A DNA stretch of 64,000 nucleotides from positions 18,535 through 82,534 of IMG/VR virus record IMGVR_UViG_3300023174_000133; one strand, given 5' to 3'. The notes under the pieces were generated by a model. That model was not told where the DNA came from and ran no database searches. It saw nothing but the letters and a program-made list of their open reading frames with translations. Below are positions 58,748 to 64,000 of the stretch, one piece after another. Both the position numbers and the translations under genes were made by a program. Within the stretch, counting starts at the first letter, position 1, and every line of letters begins with the position of its first letter. Source of the stretch: a virus.

Positions 58748-59194
58748 TCAGTACATTCTGAGGTCGTCGAGACAGAGAGTCATCGTGCCGTGGTCAGTAT
58801 CGAGGACAACACATACCTGGTCTGTGTATTCGAAACCAACGATGCGGGGAGGCATTGAACCGTCAGTTAGTGATTCGATACCATCGACTGTCATTCCGAC
58901 GTATTCTTCGTAGGTCTCGGCGATCGACGTCGTATCATGTACTTCTTCGGGTCCCATCTCGAGGCCGTGGCCGTCGAACGCTGCCTTCCTCTCTTCTGGA
59001 GATGCTGCTGAACAGTCGTAGCCTAACTCTTCAAGACGGTCGTCGACGCCTTGTTCCATGGCATCAAGCATCATGCTTAGTTCTTCTGATGACAGTTCTG
59101 GTTCTCTTGGTGCTGCAACGCCTGGTGCCATCTCGACGAGGCGACGGGCTTCTTCGCGGATGATTTGACGTAGCTTTGATTCTGTGATACGCAT
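58748..59194 (-). CDS. Tagged, very acidic protein within the early region
   Basis: MRITESKLRQIIREEARRLVE; ATATATA box upstream. Confidence 0.8.
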   Translation of the reverse strand: MRITESKLRQIIREEARRLVEMAPGVAAPREPELSSEELSMMLDAMEQGVDDRLEELGYDCSAASPEERKAAFDGHGLEMGPEEVHDTTSIAETYEEYVGMTVDGIESLTDGSMPPRIVGFEYTDQVCVVLDTDHGTMTLCLDDLRMY

Positions 59195-59253
59195 TGGTTG
59201 TTTCCTTCTCGGGTGGGGATGGCACCCGTTGTTTCTATATATCAAGTCCCGGT

Positions 59254-59469
59254 TCATTCTCCTGGACGAAGTTCTCGCCACCAACACTCGGCCAGTCCCA
59301 CAGCCCTGAAGTTCGCATCGACGAAGGGCGGTAGCGTCCTATCTGTCCCAGTGTACATCCCCTTTTGACCCACATCCCCCAGGACGAATGCTACCCAATA
59401 CCACTTCCCAACAACTGGCATCGGGTCCCCTGGATACATAATGAACTCGCTCAAATCTTCCACACTCAC
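59254..59469 (-). CDS. Hypothetical protein
   Basis: GGAGG SD; GTGA overlap with the upstream gene. Confidence 0.55.
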   Translation of the reverse strand: MSVEDLSEFIMYPGDPMPVVGKWYWVAFVLGDVGQKGMYTGTDRTLPPFVDANFRAVGLAECWWRELRPGE

Positions 59470-59756
59470 TCCTCCTTCGGTTGTTTTCTTGGTCTGCCTC
59501 GCCCTCGTTTCTGTGGCCGGTCCCATGGCAGGGTCTTCTTGACCGGTTCTGGAACGGGTTGCTGGACACTCTCTGTGACTTCTGAAGGTGTCCACTCGGG
59601 ATTTGCAGTGTAGTATACGGACCCTTCGTGCTGCACCTTCAGGACCTTACCCCCGTAGATTCGGGCGAGGACGAGGAGATGGGTGTCTGGCGGGACAAGG
59701 GTTCGTTTGCTGAGGTCGTTCGCCAGGTTGAGGCGGGTCGGTGCGGTGGTAATCAC
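59466..59756 (-). CDS. Small protein with C-terminal AT-hook
   Basis: GTG start after GGAGG; ends PQKRGRGRPRKQPKEE. Confidence 0.65.
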   Translation of the reverse strand: MITTAPTRLNLANDLSKRTLVPPDTHLLVLARIYGGKVLKVQHEGSVYYTANPEWTPSEVTESVQQPVPEPVKKTLPWDRPQKRGRGRPRKQPKEE

Positions 59757-59959
59757 TTGGCCTCCACCCGACCGTACACCCCGGCGATGTAGGCGTCCAG
59801 CGCCATGCTGCGCTGGATCGGTGGGATGTTCCTTTCCGCGCACATGCTGCAATCGAAGAGGACTGGCGTCTCGTTGAAGAGCTCGAAGAACCCCCCAGTG
59901 CTCGGGTTCTTGCAGGTGTCGCAGGTGTGGGAGCCGCGGGTGTATTCGAAGGAAGCCAT
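59753..59959 (-). CDS. Small Zn-finger protein
   Basis: CDTC...CSMC; own promoter. Confidence 0.65.
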   Translation of the reverse strand: MASFEYTRGSHTCDTCKNPSTGGFFELFNETPVLFDCSMCAERNIPPIQRSMALDAYIAGVYGRVEAK

Positions 59960-60343
59960 GTTCTCTCTCCACGTTGCGGGCGGGATTGCCCTTCCATGAT
60001 TAGAATATAACCCGTTCCCATCCAGTGAACACCTCACCCGCACACTTTTTAGAGATTATCTTCGTCCCTCCCTTCCAGCATCTGACCAACGAACCCGAGG
60101 AGACTCGTCACAATGAGTGAGATGACCATCGCCTCGATGGCAGTACCACCCGCCCTGATGACCCAGAAACCGATGAAGTACCCAGTGGCCAGGAGCGACA
60201 CGAAACGTAGAGCTGCGCTCACAAGAGCACTATCGCGACGCTTACCGCGACCATCTCGAAAGGCGATCGGCCGAGTTGGATAAGTTCGTAGCCGGCCGTG
60301 AATACGAGGATGCACCGTGCCAGCAAGTTAGCGAGTTCTTGAT

Positions 60344-60592
60344 TCATTCATTCTCCACTATGTTTATGTTTCGAGAAGTTTCGAGCAACGTCAAGTTGAA
60401 AGTCGCTGTATATCCACACGCCTGGCACGACCTGTAACCCGCCAGGAAGTTCACATGCATGTTCATGTCCTGGGGGATGAGTTGCACCTGAGTCGTGAAC
60501 AACTCGCCACGCTCGTCAACCATGGGATTCATAGTTCCAACTTTACACCACGGGCACACTGCCTGCCCGAACACACGATTCTTGTCACTCAT
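60344..60592 (-). CDS. Zn-ribbon protein
   Basis: CPWC...CQACGY. Confidence 0.7.
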   Translation of the reverse strand: MSDKNRVFGQAVCPWCKVGTMNPMVDERGELFTTQVQLIPQDMNMHVNFLAGYRSCQACGYTATFNLTLLETSRNINIVENE

Positions 60593-60819
60593 TCTTTCAC
60601 CAAAGTTATGTCGTTCTTGAAGACAACTCGCCGATCACCTGTGACTGTGTTCTGGATTGCCCAGGCGTGTTTGCCATGACAACCCCAGGGGAAGAAGTCG
60701 AGAACAATCCAGGGAGTTTCATCGACCGCGAAAGGTGGTCTCTGTTGGACGCCGATGTCGGATGGGCGCGCCCACCGGACCAGGTCTCCCTTCTGTGGAT
60801 TGTTCGCCGAAGCAGTCAT
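60589..60819 (-). CDS. Small SH3/KOW-like protein
   Basis: PQKGDLVRW; promoter directly upstream. Confidence 0.6.
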   Translation of the reverse strand: MTASANNPQKGDLVRWARPSDIGVQQRPPFAVDETPWIVLDFFPWGCHGKHAWAIQNTVTGDRRVVFKNDITLVKE

Positions 60820-61336
60820 GTTGTTATTATACCTTGTCCTCACCCGTTTGAACAGGCGTAACTGCGCGTCCGCTCTCAAATCCTGCCTTGAACCCACGGT
60901 AGTGGAAGTAGAGGCAGGAGCCCATGTAGAACAGGGTCAGGCCACAAAAGATAATCATTCATTACTCCATTGGAAAGGGGAGGAAGCCATCTGGGTCCTC
61001 CCAGGCTAATAGGTCTACTGGGTCTGGGGGAGGGTTGGGCACCAACTTATGGATACCCTTCCAGTTCGCAACCTGTTCGTGCCACCCAACGGGACGGAAC
61101 CAGGCAGCCACAACACCAATGACACCCACAACAATCGCGCTATTGATGGTCGTGAGCTCTGAGATCGTATGAACGATGTTCACCTTGCCTCCACTCCAAC
61201 AATATAACCTGTCTGTGTCAGTTGAACAGGACCTCAGCGCAATAAAGTCCGCACATGTACCAACCAAACAAGAGGGGTGGCGCCACGATGATGACCAGCC
61301 CCCACTTCTCAAAGAATTCGATGAAACGTACAAGGT

Positions 61337-61576
61337 TCATTCTGAGTCCGCCCATTCGTAGGTGATTCGTTCTGTGGGTTCTTCTGATTGCTTGGCCGTT
61401 GCCCCGAAGCGTCCGGGGTCAACCCCCCACTTCTCACAGGCTCGACGGATCTCCGCTGCCTGGAAGGGACTCCACTGTACACCGTCACACCACCGCGAGT
61501 AATAGGCCCCAGCATAGTGCATGTCTCCAGTGAGGATGATCTTGACCAACTCATTCGACAGTGTGACGGCGTTCAT
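61337..61576 (-). CDS. Early hypothetical protein
   Basis: MNAVTLSNELVKII; operon context. Confidence 0.55.
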   Translation of the reverse strand: MNAVTLSNELVKIILTGDMHYAGAYYSRWCDGVQWSPFQAAEIRRACEKWGVDPGRFGATAKQSEEPTERITYEWADSE

Positions 61577-61788
61577 GGTTACCCTACTTAGTGGTGTTGA
61601 AGTAGTCGGCCACGGCGTTGCGTGCCAGGTCCTCGGCCCGTTGGCGGGGATACCCGAGGGAGAGTGCACGGTAGAGGACCGATTCGAATACGATGTCGAG
61701 TTCTGGCTTGATGTCGTTCATTGTCCCTGCCTCCTGCTTAGAATATAACCGACTGAGTGTATGTGAACAGGTCGTCAGCACACTTTTT

Positions 61789-62079
61789 TCAATGTTGCTT
61801 GCGCAATTCCACTTCGATGGGGGTCTCCTTTACACACGAGAGCGAGGTCTCACGGTACCCCTTGAGAGCGAAGCACACCACGTCGTGGCGACCCTGGGGG
61901 TGGAGCTCGACCAACCGTCCACCCAGCCACGCCACCTCTGCCGACGCTTCCGAGATACCCTTCGTCTTCGAGGTGAACCAGGACGAGCCGAAGACGGAGC
62001 ATACAGTGACGAAGATGATTATCGAAAGGAAGACCAGAGCGGCAGTGGACTGGGATAGGAACTCTTTCAAGCGTTGCAT
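61789..62079 (-). CDS. Membrane-anchored early protein
   Basis: N-terminal TM helix; own promoter and GGAG SD. Confidence 0.65.
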   Translation of the reverse strand: MQRLKEFLSQSTAALVFLSIIIFVTVCSVFGSSWFTSKTKGISEASAEVAWLGGRLVELHPQGRHDVVCFALKGYRETSLSCVKETPIEVELRKQH

Positions 62080-62149
62080 CTTCTCTCCATTTGATACTAT
62101 CAATATAACCCGTCCTCGTCCAGTGGACAGGTCACCCGCTCACTTTTTT

Positions 62150-62494
62150 TCAGCTCGCGAGCGTTTCGAAAGCGTCGTCCAATTCCTCAGGGGTGCGGGC
62201 AGCGGGGACTTCAGCCACCTTCTTGGCCCGGGCTCGTTGACGCTTCGCCGTCAGGCTGGCACGGTCGGTGTAGATGGAACCAGCCTCGACGTCCTCCTTC
62301 CGAGCCGCCAGGGCCGCCCGGGCCACCATCCGGAAGTGCTCGGCCTGGTCGGCAGCCCAACGATAGAGCTGGTCCTTCGCCTCGAGGAGGGTCATGCCCC
62401 CGTCTTCGACAACCAAGTACGGGTCGTGCACGTGCTCAACAATCTGGGGGTAGGACTCGTCGTTCCATTCAACCGTGTATCGCTTCGTTGCCAT
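62150..62494 (-). CDS. Early hypothetical protein
   Basis: GGAGG SD; own promoter. Confidence 0.7.
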   Translation of the reverse strand: MATKRYTVEWNDESYPQIVEHVHDPYLVVEDGGMTLLEAKDQLYRWAADQAEHFRMVARAALAARKEDVEAGSIYTDRASLTAKRQRARAKKVAEVPAARTPEELDDAFETLAS

Positions 62495-62683
62495 CGTTGA
62501 CCTCCGCTGTTGATGTTCTGAATATAACCGACTGACTGGACTTGGACATATCACCCGCGCACTTTTTTTGCGAAAAAAAGTTTGAACTATTCGCACTTTC
62601 GATATGTTCACGAACACACCAATCGGTTATATTACTAACATCGGAAGGGCAATTCCGCCCGCCGATAAAACGAGAGTGTGAAT

Positions 62684-62902
62684 ATGCTGCCGACCGACCT
62701 CAAGACTGGTGTCGTCTACTGCTGGTGCTACGACGACGGCCAAGGCCCCTACCCCGCCAACGACCAACGTTTCGTGCTCACGCGCATCGACCTGGCCGCC
62801 AACGAAGCCGACACCCTCGTCGTCGCGGGTCCGTGCACGGGCGAGACCGGCACCATCACCGACCTCGACCTGCTCTACGACGCGATGGTCGCCCCGGCCT
62901 AA
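62684..62902 (+). CDS. Early hypothetical protein (divergent unit)
   Basis: Plus-strand promoter at 62605-62633; strong C3 codon bias. Confidence 0.7.
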   Translation: MLPTDLKTGVVYCWCYDDGQGPYPANDQRFVLTRIDLAANEADTLVVAGPCTGETGTITDLDLLYDAMVAPA

Positions 62903-63017
62903 GGGCCAAAAAAGTTTTAAAAAAGTGCGAAAAAATCCTTTTCACCTTACACAAAACACATTATATTAATAGTGTTGGAAGGGCAATCCGGCCCACCAAT
63001 AAAAAGGGGTGCACACA

Positions 63018-63251
63018 ATGGCTAAATTTAACTTTGCCTATGACCTTTTCGAATTCGATGCCAAGGCCCACTCATCACTCCTTTTCAAATCCGGGGTGGC
63101 CCGTCACACCCAAGGTGAGTGCACCACCATCCTCTCCCCCACCAAAAAGGGCCTCATCAAATTCCTTTCGGAAATGGAATATGCACACAGCGGCCAATAC
63201 CCTAATGAATTCGACCTCGAAGAAATCCAGGAAGGCATCTATAAGCTCTAA
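63018..63251 (+). CDS. Early hypothetical protein
   Basis: Shares the leader hairpin; GGGG SD. Confidence 0.7.
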   Translation: MAKFNFAYDLFEFDAKAHSSLLFKSGVARHTQGECTTILSPTKKGLIKFLSEMEYAHSGQYPNEFDLEEIQEGIYKL

Positions 63252-63276
63252 TAGCGCATCCCATCCATAAACCCCA

Positions 63277-63300
63277 GGGGAGCTCCGGCTCCCCTTTTTT
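63277..63300 (+). terminator. Rho-independent terminator
   Basis: GGGGAGC-TCCG-GCTCCCC followed by T6. Confidence 0.85.
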
Positions 63301-63332
63301 GTGCCCGCCGCCCGGAGTCCGGGACATCGGTG

Positions 63333-63752
63333 TCAAAGACTGGGGGTTGCTACTACTAACCTCTCGAGGTCGCGACCCTTGTAGAGTAGGGGTAGGGTCC
63401 CATCGAGTTCGTTCCAGTCGTGGAGGAGTTGGTGGTCCTTGTGGACGAGGATTCGGGCGTATCCCCATTCTTCTTTGATGCCCATGAGACGGGTGTTGTC
63501 GTCCCAGTCCCTGTTGCCATACAGGATGGGGTGTTCTGGTCTGAAGTGGGGAAACTCATGGTAGAGCTCTTGGATGTATGCCCTTCCGCAGAACTGGACG
63601 GATGAAACCACCATTCCTGTTACTTCTACTGGCCCTTGGACACGTTGGCCACGAGCCGAGTAGAATGGTATACCCCAGGTGAGGGAGCCCCTGATGAGAC
63701 TCCCTTGGCCCTCGTTACGCAGCACTCGGGTCGTCTTCGTCGTCGCTGCCAT
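63333..63752 (-). CDS. Hypothetical protein
   Basis: GAGG SD; converges on the terminator. Confidence 0.6.
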   Translation of the reverse strand: MAATTKTTRVLRNEGQGSLIRGSLTWGIPFYSARGQRVQGPVEVTGMVVSSVQFCGRAYIQELYHEFPHFRPEHPILYGNRDWDDNTRLMGIKEEWGYARILVHKDHQLLHDWNELDGTLPLLYKGRDLERLVVATPSL

Positions 63753-64000
63753 CGTCGTATCCCTCTCCGGTCCAGTAGAGTTTCACCTGTTCTTGAGCGT
63801 AGCGCTTTGCCTCAGCGTCGTTGTATCCCTGTTTCTTGGCACGGATGTAGGCGCTTTCGTAGACGACATCGGTGGTGGATTCGTTAGACATTAGTAGACC
63901 TCCTCTTCTTCTTCAAGTTGTCCTTCTTCTTCTGCTCGGCGGAGTTCTGCCTGGCGTTCCTGTTCGAGTTCATACTGGACCATGAGTTCCTCAAAGAGTT

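Larger units (their letters stand above)
52957..62633. promoter_or_regulatory. Array of 16 early-type promoters, consensus CCTGT[TC]CA-N16/17-TATATT
   Basis: Minus-strand copies start at 52957, 53287, 54008, 54298, 55410, 55775, 57251, 57739, 58702, 60004, 60826, 61201, 61742, 62102 and 62521; a plus-strand copy lies at 62605-62633. Confidence 0.85.

Noticed and set aside
52957-62633. CRISPR array suggested by recurring AATATAAC...ACAGG units
   Set aside because: The units are degenerate, hundreds of bp apart and sit upstream of genes, so they behave as promoters; no cas genes are present.
62542-63270. 242-aa plus-strand ORF
   Set aside because: It crosses two promoters and two better-supported small genes; a GC-rich shadow frame.
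1-64000. Stop-codon reassignment, as in some jumbo phages
   Set aside because: Conserved genes (ligase, topoisomerase, UvsE, CysK) are full length in code 11, all three stop codons end genes, and no suppressor tRNA was found.
1-64000. Eukaryotic giant virus or bacterial chromosome origin
   Set aside because: Shine-Dalgarno sites, overlapping stop/start codons, bacterial-type tRNAs, TilS, T4-like ligase and topoisomerase, and the density of small unknown ORFs all fit a large bacteriophage.

Overview
This window is a segment of a large (jumbo-type) bacteriophage genome with T4-superfamily features, read in genetic code 11 and mostly encoded on the minus strand. It carries DNA metabolism genes (ATP-dependent DNA ligase, two type II topoisomerase subunits, DinG-like helicase, UvsE, thermonuclease), 13 tRNAs with a Seg-like GIY-YIG endonuclease among them, TilS next to a probable tRNA-Ile2(CAT), auxiliary genes (YeaH/DUF444, CysK, Hsp20, UDP-glucuronate decarboxylase), a collagen-repeat fibre and lysis candidates. 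From about 52.6 kb onward it becomes a visibly GC-richer region of tiny genes, most with their own promoter. The most striking unexplained structure is a set of about 20 mostly unrelated proteins that share a portable amphipathic tag (E-x-x-LR-x-x-IREE). The tag is N-terminal, C-terminal or internal, is usually bounded by an [ILV]-x-E site resembling the T4 prohead-protease site, and most tagged genes sit behind an ATA[CGT][AT]TA late-promoter-like box. I infer a capsid-targeting system that loads diverse cargo, including two RNA-ligase-like proteins and an HxGH nucleotidyltransferase, into the virion. Other leads: a dyad-symmetric early promoter cassette repeated more than 20 times, a candidate structured ncRNA after tRNA-Ile2, a GIY-YIG plus methyltransferase pair, and more than 20 small SH3/KOW-like proteins. 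All calls come from reading motifs by eye; no searches were run.
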